A stretch of DNA of 64,000 nt, taken from assembly GCA_943350395.1 (NCBI GenBank), contig CALRAD010000001.1, positions 35,860-99,859 on the forward strand, read 5' to 3'. The position numbers were made by a program, and so were the translations under genes. Positions 19,301 to 26,744 of the stretch are shown here, piece after piece. A model generated the notes under the pieces. That model had not been told where the DNA came from and searched no databases. It saw nothing but the letters and a program-made list of their open reading frames with translations. Position 1 is the stretch's first letter. Each line of letters starts with the position of its first letter. The stretch comes from Candidatus Peribacteria bacterium. Lineage in GTDB: Bacteria > Patescibacteriota > Gracilibacteria > Peribacterales > Peribacteraceae.

Positions 19301-19964
19301 AGGCCTTGTCGACAAGAATGCCAAGACCGAAGAATCCCGGAATCGGAGTCCACAAAAAATTTCGCTTGCTTTGCAACAGGAAGTCTTCGACGGCCGTAAG
19401 AACTCCGTTTCGAATGGAATGTTCTGAAGCCGCATTCCAGTGAGCAGGATTCATACCGTGCCCTGACAGAAGATCGTTTTGGCCAGGGACAATGCCCTTC
19501 TTGTCATACGGCTGACGAAATGTGTAAGGAACAGCGTCTGGATCGCAATATTGATCACGACGTGCGTACGGCCATCCCACATCATGAAGAATCGTGAGAG
19601 GAAAAGTGTCCGAAGGAGCAATGCGACTGTCGAGCTTCTGTAATTCATGGAAGACGGTATACCAGTTGTGATCACCGTCGATGAGAACGGCATCGAAAAG
19701 GCCTTCAATATGTGCGAGTGCATCCAGACTGGTTTCCTCAAAAAATCGTAGAGTGTCGGCGTATTCCATGCGCCACTCGAACACATCGAACTGCGGACTG
19801 GGATCGATGGCAAACAGCACGCCCGATCTCATTCTTGCATACGCGATAAGATTCTTCGTATTGCGACCGGAGCCAGACCCAATCTCGAGCATCGATGTCA
19901 CCCCGGCGGCTTCAAAAAGCGGTAGGATTAGATTTTGCCAAAAATGATCCAAACTGGCATGCAC
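16323..19964 (-). CDS. Multidomain glycan-biosynthesis protein: class I SAM methyltransferase, ~100-aa coiled coil, GT-A-like domain, C-terminal GT4 (GT-B) glycosyltransferase
   Basis: N-terminus: LEIGSGSGRNT...VLIDGDHNWYTV. Heptad-rich aa ~243-345 (nt 18930-19238): SLEEERIKLAIEVAEVHREEE...LRNEKSLLLARFGDVEREL. Centre: FCTIVSRNFLAYARVLASSL...LLVDD. C-terminus: SLHRSEGFGLTIAEAMFLGKPVIATNYSGNAEY. Confidence 0.7.
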   Translation of the reverse strand: MHASLDHFWQNLILPLFEAAGVTSMLEIGSGSGRNTKNLIAYARMRSGVLFAIDPSPQFDVFEWRMEYADTLRFFEETSLDALAHIEGLFDAVLIDGDHNWYTVFHELQKLDSRIAPSDTFPLTILHDVGWPYARRDQYCDPDAVPYTFRQPYDKKGIVPGQNDLLSGHGMNPAHWNAASEHSIRNGVLTAVEDFLLQSKRNFLWTPIPGFFGLGILVDKALLEKKPLLRSFLLQLELPDVVRRHVQSLEEERIKLAIEVAEVHREEESSRQVSSAVQQELENMLKQEKAARRIQEQSLEQLRNEKSLLLARFGDVERELALSRFVRDSLGKEMKLLESDLHRVWHSRSWKLTRFLRVLEPKIRRLLRREKHASAVVPAIAPVVQTTKKMTFCTIVSRNFLAYARVLASSLHVQHPDAELIVLLVDDLGEGFSGLNETFTIVPVCDIPLPDRDSFCFRYGMRELHTAVKPFFLQWIFENRSADQIVYLDPDILVEAPLFSVQTALASHSIVLTPHVLTPIQDGLRPSEHDVLRVGVFNLGFIGLSRNSVTLDFLHWWQRKVTDDCTEEPNRNVFFDQRWMDLAPVIFPDVTVLRDASCNVAYWNLHERNVAWQDKRWMVNGSPLTFYHFSGFRPDTPDRMCKYDHSDRSLEKYPALQPLLQQYADALQRHGWNDTKNIPYLFARFRSGMHIPAFARRHFHMLSFHQRMRFGNPFATGVGSYVEWLHSEHTRTNSGFPLSNAHSLLWKGSMVLSRQFPHFGDQFAEWLHSSERRSVFPDVPEEFFSSLKRIRKIHSTLSVHEIFMRRNSFRWYRFCTECARRLLPRSFFMLVRSHFSMRDLLPRSQRKKVCVPRPAGINVVGSFTSGTGVGQASRLHVLAAEKAGIPLTLHNLESPFEDRVQTALQSRFTSEYTYGTTLLHMNADRLASFLRAEDPSVLTCYRSIAYWVWELSRFPRQYRFAAKWFDEIWTPSRFSADAIAFCVDCPVHVIPHPVYVSEGQQFGREHFGIGKDAFVFLFVFNCQSVAERKNPEAVIEAFKNAFSPDENVQLVLKFSNAKENPLLHARLSEHAHGHNILFLSSFFTNQQVDDLLRCSDAYVSLHRSEGFGLTIAEAMFLGKPVIATNYSGNAEYMTEANSMPIGYKLIPLSKHYPPYRKGNVWADPDISEAAAAMRRLFDDRSFASALGARAAVDMRKTHSPEVIGKLMKERLFR

Positions 19965-20010
19965 AGGCGTCGGATACTACCACAGGAAACGATTGTGCTA
20001 GGGTAACTCC

Positions 20011-20877
20011 ATGACCCACGAAGAACTTATTCTCCGGAAGGAAGCAATTGTACGCGAGTACGGACCATGGACCGCACACAACATCCGCCTGCCGAACGAA
20101 CTATGGACTCTGCGCGCCGAAGACGAACCTATGAGCCGCATCCGTTCCCGTCGCTATCTGCAAATCGTATCGGATCTTCTTCGGCGACCGATCGCAGAGC
20201 TACGAGTGCTGGATCTGGGATGTCTTGAGGGAGGTTTCAGCATTGAATTCGGGCTCTGGGGTGCAGAAGTCGTGGGCATCGACGGCAGAAAAGCGAATAT
20301 CGCAAAAGCGGAATTCGCACGCGATGCGCTGAATCTTCAAAACGTCACGTTCATACAAAACGACATCCGAACTCTGTGCCCCGAAATACACGGATATTTC
20401 GACGTGATTCTGTGTCTCGGCGTGTTCTACCATTTGCCGTCTCTCGATCTCATTCCTTTTCTCAGAAAACTACGATCAGTATGCAAGAACCTGTGCATCA
20501 TCGATACGCATATCAGTCTTATGCCCGAAGAAACGTTCATGAGCGAAAAGATCGAATGGAAAGGACGCACGTTCTTAGAACACAGACGCTCCGCAACACC
20601 TAAGCAAATCGAAGGGGCGTTGTGGGCGGCACTCACGAACGAAGACAGTTTCTGGTTAACCGAAGCTTCATTGCTGCGAGCGCTGCACTATGCAGATTTT
20701 ACGAGCGTTCATGAATGCTTACATCCTCCAGTCGCAAGCACTCCGAAAGACCGAAAAACATATATCGCTTGTGCAGGTACAGATATGACTCCCAAGGGAA
20801 TGTGTCCTCGAGAAAAAATGCAACCTTTTGAATACAGCCATTACGAAGAGGGGGAAGATCCGTTGCAAAAAAAATAG
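20011..20877 (+). CDS. Class I SAM-dependent methyltransferase
   Basis: VLDLGCLEGGFSIEFGLWGAEVVGIDGR (motif I) and FDVILCLGVFYHL. Confidence 0.75.
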   Translation: MTHEELILRKEAIVREYGPWTAHNIRLPNELWTLRAEDEPMSRIRSRRYLQIVSDLLRRPIAELRVLDLGCLEGGFSIEFGLWGAEVVGIDGRKANIAKAEFARDALNLQNVTFIQNDIRTLCPEIHGYFDVILCLGVFYHLPSLDLIPFLRKLRSVCKNLCIIDTHISLMPEETFMSEKIEWKGRTFLEHRRSATPKQIEGALWAALTNEDSFWLTEASLLRALHYADFTSVHECLHPPVASTPKDRKTYIACAGTDMTPKGMCPREKMQPFEYSHYEEGEDPLQKK

Positions 20878-20890
20878 AGAAGCAGGTACG

Positions 20891-21601
20891 ATGAACTGCC
20901 TCCTTCGTGTTATGGAACAATCGAATACAAAGCACGGCACACTTGAATACGTCATCACCGGACCCGGACGATCGGGAACGACGTTCCTAGCCCACGTTTT
21001 TCAGAAAGCCGGCTATGATCTTGGAGGAGTACAATCGGAAGCAATAGGGAAGAATCAGCCGATTGGCGGAGGACTGGAAGATGTTGATTTCGCAATGGTC
21101 AATATACGTTTGCAGAAGCAACTCGATATTCTCTGGAAGACAAAGAATCCGGATGAATCCACAATGCCCGATATCAACCACATTGCGGAGCAAGAACGAT
21201 CATCATTCGATCGCGCATGGCCGAGCGTCGTGAAAGATCCCCGCTTCTGCGATACGGCATGCTTCTGGATTGCAGCAGGGTACAAACCGAAACATGTCTT
21301 CCTGTGTATGAGAAACCCCGCAGAGCGCAACGCATCCATCACCCAAATGATGACGGGCGTCTCCCCCGAAGAAATCCGATATATCAACAGCATCCAGAAA
21401 ACGTATTTTCAGTACTTCAGTGTCTACACGTTCATCCTGCTCTGCCTCGAACACGACATTCCACTCACGTTGGTACATTACCCCCGCATCGGCACAGACA
21501 AAGCGTATGCAAACAAGATCTTGCAGCCCTTCATGAAAAATCCGGCAGAAGTCATTGCGAATGTCTGGGATTCATCCATGTACCATCAAAAAAAATCATG
21601 A
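20891..21601 (+). CDS. Sulfotransferase-family protein
   Basis: 5'-PSB-like loop ITGPGRSGTTFL and 3'-PB-like FLCMRNPAERNASI. The start is set at ATG 20891 (MNCLL), because the ORF-track start at 20828 overlaps the previous gene. Confidence 0.6.
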   Translation: MNCLLRVMEQSNTKHGTLEYVITGPGRSGTTFLAHVFQKAGYDLGGVQSEAIGKNQPIGGGLEDVDFAMVNIRLQKQLDILWKTKNPDESTMPDINHIAEQERSSFDRAWPSVVKDPRFCDTACFWIAAGYKPKHVFLCMRNPAERNASITQMMTGVSPEEIRYINSIQKTYFQYFSVYTFILLCLEHDIPLTLVHYPRIGTDKAYANKILQPFMKNPAEVIANVWDSSMYHQKKS

Positions 21602-22203
21602 CTGTGTCATCAACTTCATCGGCACGGGATGTTTTCTGCTCGATCTATGCACGCGATGCGTGGAAAGGAGGATCTGGAGAAGGGTCGCGCGCGGAAAATA
21701 CACTGATCTACCGTGAGTATCTGCAACAATTTCTCAAAGAAAAAAACATACGTACCGTTGTCGATTTCGGCTGCGGTGACTGGCAATTCTCGAAACTCAT
21801 CGACTGGAGCAACACACACTACCTCGGTGTCGACATTGTTCCGGAAGTCATTCGAAAAAACCGAGATGTGTTTGGAAGAGATCGCATCGATTTTGCAATC
21901 GTCGACGGTCCGAAATCAGCGCTTCCGGAAGCAGATTTACTTATCGTCAAAGACGTACTGCAACATTGGCCTACAACCGACGTTCAGTCTTTCTTGACCA
22001 CACTCAGTCGCTTCCGTTTCGCACTCATTACCAATTGCATCGATACCGCAACCAATACGGATTGCGAACTCGGAGGGTACAGAGGCATTGACCTTCGCTC
22101 TCCACCTTTCTCACTTTCGTGCACGGAAGTTTTGAATTTCGAATGGCATTCAGACTATCACGGCAAAAGCTTCCGTAAGGCAACATTTCTCTTTGCACGA
22201 TAA
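21598..22203 (+). CDS. Class I SAM-dependent methyltransferase-like protein
   Basis: VVDFGCGDWQFSKLI...YLGVDIV...LLIVKDVLQHW. The start is set at ATG 21598 (ATGA overlap with the sulfotransferase stop). The track ORF 21217-22203 is a read-through extension. Confidence 0.6.
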   Translation: MTVSSTSSARDVFCSIYARDAWKGGSGEGSRAENTLIYREYLQQFLKEKNIRTVVDFGCGDWQFSKLIDWSNTHYLGVDIVPEVIRKNRDVFGRDRIDFAIVDGPKSALPEADLLIVKDVLQHWPTTDVQSFLTTLSRFRFALITNCIDTATNTDCELGGYRGIDLRSPPFSLSCTEVLNFEWHSDYHGKSFRKATFLFAR

Positions 22204-23463
22204 CTGTGTCACACAAATTTTGCCGTATTCCCGAAGACGAAGAAGCAGTGACTCCTCAAATGAAATGCCCTCATCACCGGCAATGTTCATCGGAGCACTG
22301 AGAACCGAACGAAGAGGGTGTATGCGAAAAAGCGTACAATCAAATCCCCTTTCAGAGCTGCTTTCGATGCCGTCTCCTGTTTTGAACACGACAGCAACAG
22401 TATGCGGATCCATTGCAGTCAATAACTGTTGAAGAGCATCCCTCGGCAGAGAGACGTGAGCAGACCTCATCCAAAGGTATTCGGTATTACACTCTAAAAC
22501 AATCCGAGTACATGCGAGTCGAATACGCATATCCTGTTGCTCTGCATGAACAGAAGAGTGTTGTATCGATCGGAAAGGCAGATTCATCAATGAAGAACGA
22601 AGCGCGGAATCGACCGTACTATTCGGCAATACCGTGCAAACGTGCAGATGAATCAAAGCGGGATCAAACCTCATGTTCGAGAGTTCATTCAAGATGCTTG
22701 AAGTTGCAGTCTCAGTCGCTTCTTCGGCAATAATACCGATCGTCACTGGATTGAAGAAAATCGCAGCATCATTACAATAGGTAAAATGCGAGCTTGCCTT
22801 ATGCTTCTGCAACATGCTGTCTGCATGAATGAAGTAAAAACTTTTAGTATCCGCACGTTTGCCGATAAAACCGAGTGAGACTGCACGACGATAGAAATCC
22901 CAATCCTCCATGATGTGAGGAATGCTCCGATAGCCCTTCGACAGCACGAGTGCATCACGACGGATAAGTGCGTGAGAGCAGATATAATTCGAGCGCGAGA
23001 GAAGTGCAGGATCAAAATCTGGTGAACGACGGAAAACGTCGCTGTCACCAAATTTCTGCACGTCGCCGTACGAAAATCCTACACAATTGTCCGTACACGC
23101 TTCGTAACATTTCTCGATGTAGTCGTCCGCAAGGTAGTCGTCCGCATCGAGAAAAAGAACAAAAGATCCGTGCGTATGCCGGGTTCCCGCATTTCTCGTC
23201 ATCGATAAATCCCTATGTTCAACTCGCAAATACGAGACTCCTTTTGAAACGTACGATAAGGCAACGTTTTTCGTGTCGTCGCTCGACGCATCGTCAATGA
23301 CAAGAATCTCATGCGGCTTCAGGGTCTGTCGAAGCACGCTCTCAATCGCACGCGACAAATACTGACCGTAATTATGACAAGGTATGACAACCGAGACATC
23401 AACGATTCGGGATGCACGACGCGGAAACATCTTCCGCAGAAACTGATGCAGGAAAGTGATCAT
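22150..23463 (-). CDS. Family 2 glycosyltransferase with a long C-terminal extension
   Basis: VSVVIPCHNYGQYLSRAIESVLRQT...ILVIDDASSDDT and LFLDADDYL (DxD). ATG 23463 forms an ATGA overlap with the upstream GT4 stop. Confidence 0.8.
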   Translation of the reverse strand: MITFLHQFLRKMFPRRASRIVDVSVVIPCHNYGQYLSRAIESVLRQTLKPHEILVIDDASSDDTKNVALSYVSKGVSYLRVEHRDLSMTRNAGTRHTHGSFVLFLDADDYLADDYIEKCYEACTDNCVGFSYGDVQKFGDSDVFRRSPDFDPALLSRSNYICSHALIRRDALVLSKGYRSIPHIMEDWDFYRRAVSLGFIGKRADTKSFYFIHADSMLQKHKASSHFTYCNDAAIFFNPVTIGIIAEEATETATSSILNELSNMRFDPALIHLHVCTVLPNSTVDSALRSSLMNLPFRSIQHSSVHAEQQDMRIRLACTRIVLECNTEYLWMRSAHVSLPRDALQQLLTAMDPHTVAVVFKTGDGIESSSERGFDCTLFRIHPLRSVLSAPMNIAGDEGISFEESLLLRLREYGKICVTQLSCKEKCCLTEAFAVIV

Positions 23464-24356
23464 AGGAGAACGGAAGCATACATATCGGTTGTCGCCCGCA
23501 TCACCTTGCCCCAGTCGCGCCCCTGCATCCTTGCGGCATTCTGCAACGATGCATCGCGGACAAAATCGGGATGATCGGTGCACCAGCGCAAAGCTTCGCG
23601 AAGCCCTGCAAGCGAGACATCCTCCACAATCAAACCGTTTACTCCTTGCTCGATGAGCTCCCGTGCGATACCGACAGGAAACGTGACCGGAAATTTACCA
23701 CAAGCCATCGCTTCAAGAAGCGGTCTCGGCGAACCTTCGGCTTGTGATGCGCACACGAGCACGTCGATGTCACGATAGAAATTCGGCATCGCATCGTGCG
23801 GAAGGGAACCGTCAGCAGTGAGAAGAGTACCAAGACGCTCGCAGGCTGATACCACGAAAGAGTACTGCTTTACCGGATCACTCGTCTTTCCTGCAAAACC
23901 GAAAACGATCGGACCTTCACGGGAAGGAAAAGGTTTGAACAGAGCAGTATCGATGCCTTCTGGAGTATGGAACACTGGCGCCGGAAGAGTGGAAAGCATA
24001 TTCGCCAATAGACAATTCGGAACACTTACGGCATGTGCCTCGCTCAGATGTTTTTGAGACAGATCTTCGGGTGACAATCCTGCAAGCTGCCAACGGAAGC
24101 TATAGACGCTCTTGATGACCTTGATTCTTCCATCGAGAAACGGCAGATGCATACGCTCAGCAAAATAGAATACATGCAAGAGGTCAAACGTCGACACATC
24201 AATCGAAGCGATGTCGCAGGAAGCAAGAATGTCAAAACGAAAGCGATCCGATGCATGCAAAGCAATGGCTTTTGCGATCGTCTCAAACGCCCATCCCCTC
24301 TTGTCGATCAAGAGAAGAATGCGCGGAAGAGCCTTTGATGATGACATTAACGCCAT
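23460..24356 (-). CDS. Family 4 (GT-B, group 1) glycosyltransferase
   Basis: VLVCASQAEGSPRPLLEAMACGKFPVTFPVGIARELIEQGVNG (E-x7-E region). The start is ATG 24356 or 24347, overlapping the upstream stop. Confidence 0.75.
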   Translation of the reverse strand: MALMSSSKALPRILLLIDKRGWAFETIAKAIALHASDRFRFDILASCDIASIDVSTFDLLHVFYFAERMHLPFLDGRIKVIKSVYSFRWQLAGLSPEDLSQKHLSEAHAVSVPNCLLANMLSTLPAPVFHTPEGIDTALFKPFPSREGPIVFGFAGKTSDPVKQYSFVVSACERLGTLLTADGSLPHDAMPNFYRDIDVLVCASQAEGSPRPLLEAMACGKFPVTFPVGIARELIEQGVNGLIVEDVSLAGLREALRWCTDHPDFVRDASLQNAARMQGRDWGKVMRATTDMYASVLL

Positions 24357-25699
24357 TCTGCCGAAGAAAGAAGATGCTTGCAGCGGCAATCCCAATCGAC
24401 GAGTGCCTGATACTTTTCCCGAACCACCCAAGTGTGATAGAAATCCTGATCAAAATTCCAAAGCGGAGGAGCGCTTCTGAAGATCGAACGACGAATGACC
24501 TCACCTCGCATCACGACACATCCGAATCCGTTGCCTCCGACTTGTTGTACGCCCGCATCGTCAAGCGCATCGACGGGCTTCCCTTGTTCATTCCAACTCC
24601 AGACGACAGCTTGATCGCGATGCCGATGACGGTAGTGAGCCGAGACGCTGAGCGTGTCATAACTCATCTGCGATGCAAGCTTCCAAAAAACATCCGCTGG
24701 AGGAATAACGTCATCTTCAAGAAACAGAACAAGAGGGGTCCGTACTTTTCTGGAAAAAATATTGTATATCGTTGCACATGCATCCCTCACTTCCTGCGCC
24801 ACCACATCTCGCGGCAGATCGGCAATCCCGTTCCTTGCGACATGCTGTCGAAGGTAACTGATGTTTGGGTAATCGCAATTGGCAATCCACGATCGAACGC
24901 CCGCACTGAATGCAGAATCGTGCGACGTGTCGAGAACCACAAGATGCACGAGAGCATGCGAAAAGATTTGTTGGTCGAGAAATTGACGCATCGATGGCCA
25001 GGCAAATGAACGACCGGAGAGCGAAAGACAAAACGTCGTCGGTTCCGTAAGAAAGCCCGATCGCATAGCATAAGGAATCGTTTGTTCGTACTCTCTATGC
25101 ATGTTTGTATCGTGGATTCGGTAGAAATGAAGTCCGGCACTACGAACGGCCGTCCAGCCAAGCGAGAGAATCCGTCTCCAGGTGATCCAATCGGCATGCT
25201 GCTTTGGAGCTTCGCACCATCCACCTGCCTGCACCAACGCATCTCTGCGTACCATCGATACGGCACTCATATGATTGCTGCGGTCAAAGATTCTCCAATC
25301 AAAAGCATCAGGCCTCCGGAGAAAGTCTGACCTGCTTCCGAAACACTGATGATCGGGATACGCAATGGCGGCGGCAGGAGCATTCTGCAACGCCACAATG
25401 CCTTCCGCGAGGTAATCCGGATGCAACCTGTCATCCGCGTCCAGAGAGACCAGAAATTCGGCACGGATGTTCTTCAGTGCAGCATTTCTTGCCTGACCGA
25501 CATTCCTCCACTCGCCACGCAGATACGTAACGCCGCTCGAGGCATACCGCAACGCTACTTCCTTCGTCTCATCAACCGAAGAATCATCGACGACCACAAC
25601 GAATGCGGGCGGAATGCTTTGCCGGATCACGCTCTCGATGGCCTCGGCAAGGAAGCGACCATAATTGTGACTGACAATAATGACCGCGACATTGACCAT
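24347..25699 (-). CDS. Family 2 glycosyltransferase with a C-terminal extension
   Basis: VAVIIVSHNYGRFLAEAIESVIRQS...VVVDDSSVDET and SLDADDRLHPDY. Confidence 0.8.
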   Translation of the reverse strand: MVNVAVIIVSHNYGRFLAEAIESVIRQSIPPAFVVVVDDSSVDETKEVALRYASSGVTYLRGEWRNVGQARNAALKNIRAEFLVSLDADDRLHPDYLAEGIVALQNAPAAAIAYPDHQCFGSRSDFLRRPDAFDWRIFDRSNHMSAVSMVRRDALVQAGGWCEAPKQHADWITWRRILSLGWTAVRSAGLHFYRIHDTNMHREYEQTIPYAMRSGFLTEPTTFCLSLSGRSFAWPSMRQFLDQQIFSHALVHLVVLDTSHDSAFSAGVRSWIANCDYPNISYLRQHVARNGIADLPRDVVAQEVRDACATIYNIFSRKVRTPLVLFLEDDVIPPADVFWKLASQMSYDTLSVSAHYRHRHRDQAVVWSWNEQGKPVDALDDAGVQQVGGNGFGCVVMRGEVIRRSIFRSAPPLWNFDQDFYHTWVVREKYQALVDWDCRCKHLLSSAEWR

Positions 25700-25806
25700 A
25701 GTACGATCCTACAGTGTTTGACGTGTGCACAAAACAGTCACACGATCATCGCCGGGACGAGAAACACTTGACTCGCAAATTTTTATGATCAGAATCTTCA
25801 TTCAGT

Positions 25807-26166
25807 ATGAAGACTGGACTCTTCATCGGCCGATTTCAGCCTTTTCATGAAGGGCATGCAAAATGCGTCCAACATATTCTTGCGGAGAATGATCGATGCA
25901 TCATCCTGCTCCGCAATACTAATCCAAGCGACAAAAATCCTTTCGATGCGGCGAAAAGGAAAGCATTGATTCGCATGCAATTCAAGAATGACGAACGCAT
26001 TGTCATTCGGGAGATCGACGATCCGGATGCCGACCTCACCGTCTATATCGGACGCGATGTCGGATACGACTTGATCCGGCTCGATGCAGCGAGCGAAGCG
26101 ATTTCCGCAACGGATATCCGAAAGTCTCTCTACGAGAGTACCAAGAAAATTCCGACAACATCATGA
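25807..26166 (+). CDS. Minimal (119-aa) HxGH/ISxT nucleotidyltransferase (cytidylyltransferase superfamily)
   Basis: GLFIGRFQPFHEGH and ISATDIRK. ATGA overlap with the downstream APS kinase gene. Confidence 0.65.
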   Translation: MKTGLFIGRFQPFHEGHAKCVQHILAENDRCIILLRNTNPSDKNPFDAAKRKALIRMQFKNDERIVIREIDDPDADLTVYIGRDVGYDLIRLDAASEAISATDIRKSLYESTKKIPTTS

Positions 26167-26696
26167 CACAACAACCCTTTCCCATTCTCTGGCTCACCGG
26201 CAACAGCGGGGCCGGGAAAACGACACTTGCTGAAGGCTTCGAGCAACACTGGAACAAACGACATTCCGATGAACATCACCCATGGTCAAGGCGAATCCTC
26301 GTCCTTGATGGCGATGAAATGCGTTCGACGATTTCGACCGAAAATTCTCTCTCAAAAGAAGGACGTCGTCTGCATAACCTCAGAGTCGCACGGCTTGCCG
26401 ACCTTATGCAAAGAAAAGGATTTTTGGTCGTCGTCGCCGTCATCGCACCGTTTCAAGACGTGCGCGAGGAGATCGATGCACTCTGTTGCCCGCTCTGGAT
26501 TTACATTAAAAGAAGCTCGCCAGTCGCAGCCGATCGCCCCTACGAAATACCGAAGAATGCAGCACTTACGATCGACAACGATCTCCTGACAAAGGAAGAA
26601 GGACTCGTAACCCTGCTGACATACGCCAGAGGCTATGAAACAGGCAGAGTGATGAAAAAGCCTCAAAAAGGACTTCAAAACCTGATTCGAGCCTGA
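26163..26696 (+). CDS. cysC: Adenylylsulfate (APS) kinase
   Basis: WLTGNSGAGKTTLA (P-loop), VLDGDEMR, EGRRLHNLRVARLADLM and VVVAVIAPF. Confidence 0.8.
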   Translation: MTQQPFPILWLTGNSGAGKTTLAEGFEQHWNKRHSDEHHPWSRRILVLDGDEMRSTISTENSLSKEGRRLHNLRVARLADLMQRKGFLVVVAVIAPFQDVREEIDALCCPLWIYIKRSSPVAADRPYEIPKNAALTIDNDLLTKEEGLVTLLTYARGYETGRVMKKPQKGLQNLIRA

Positions 26697-26705
26697 TCCA
26701 GCTTA

Positions 26706-26733
26706 TTGACAAAACTGTAAAAACATATAAAAT
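26706..26733 (+). promoter_or_regulatory. Putative sigma70-type promoter for the SLH-sortase gene
   Basis: TTGACA (26706-26711), 16-nt spacer, TAAAAT (26728-26733). The ATG at 26745 would leave a leader of only ~5 nt. Confidence 0.35.
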
Positions 26734-26744
26734 ATACATCCTTT

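Noticed and set aside
21217-21597. The 5' 381 nt of track ORF 21217-22203, which would make a 328-aa protein overlapping the sulfotransferase gene.
   Set aside because: That part is out of frame with the well-supported sulfotransferase and translates to Arg/Pro/His-rich junk. The methyltransferase motifs begin after ATG 21598, which forms an ATGA overlap with the upstream stop.
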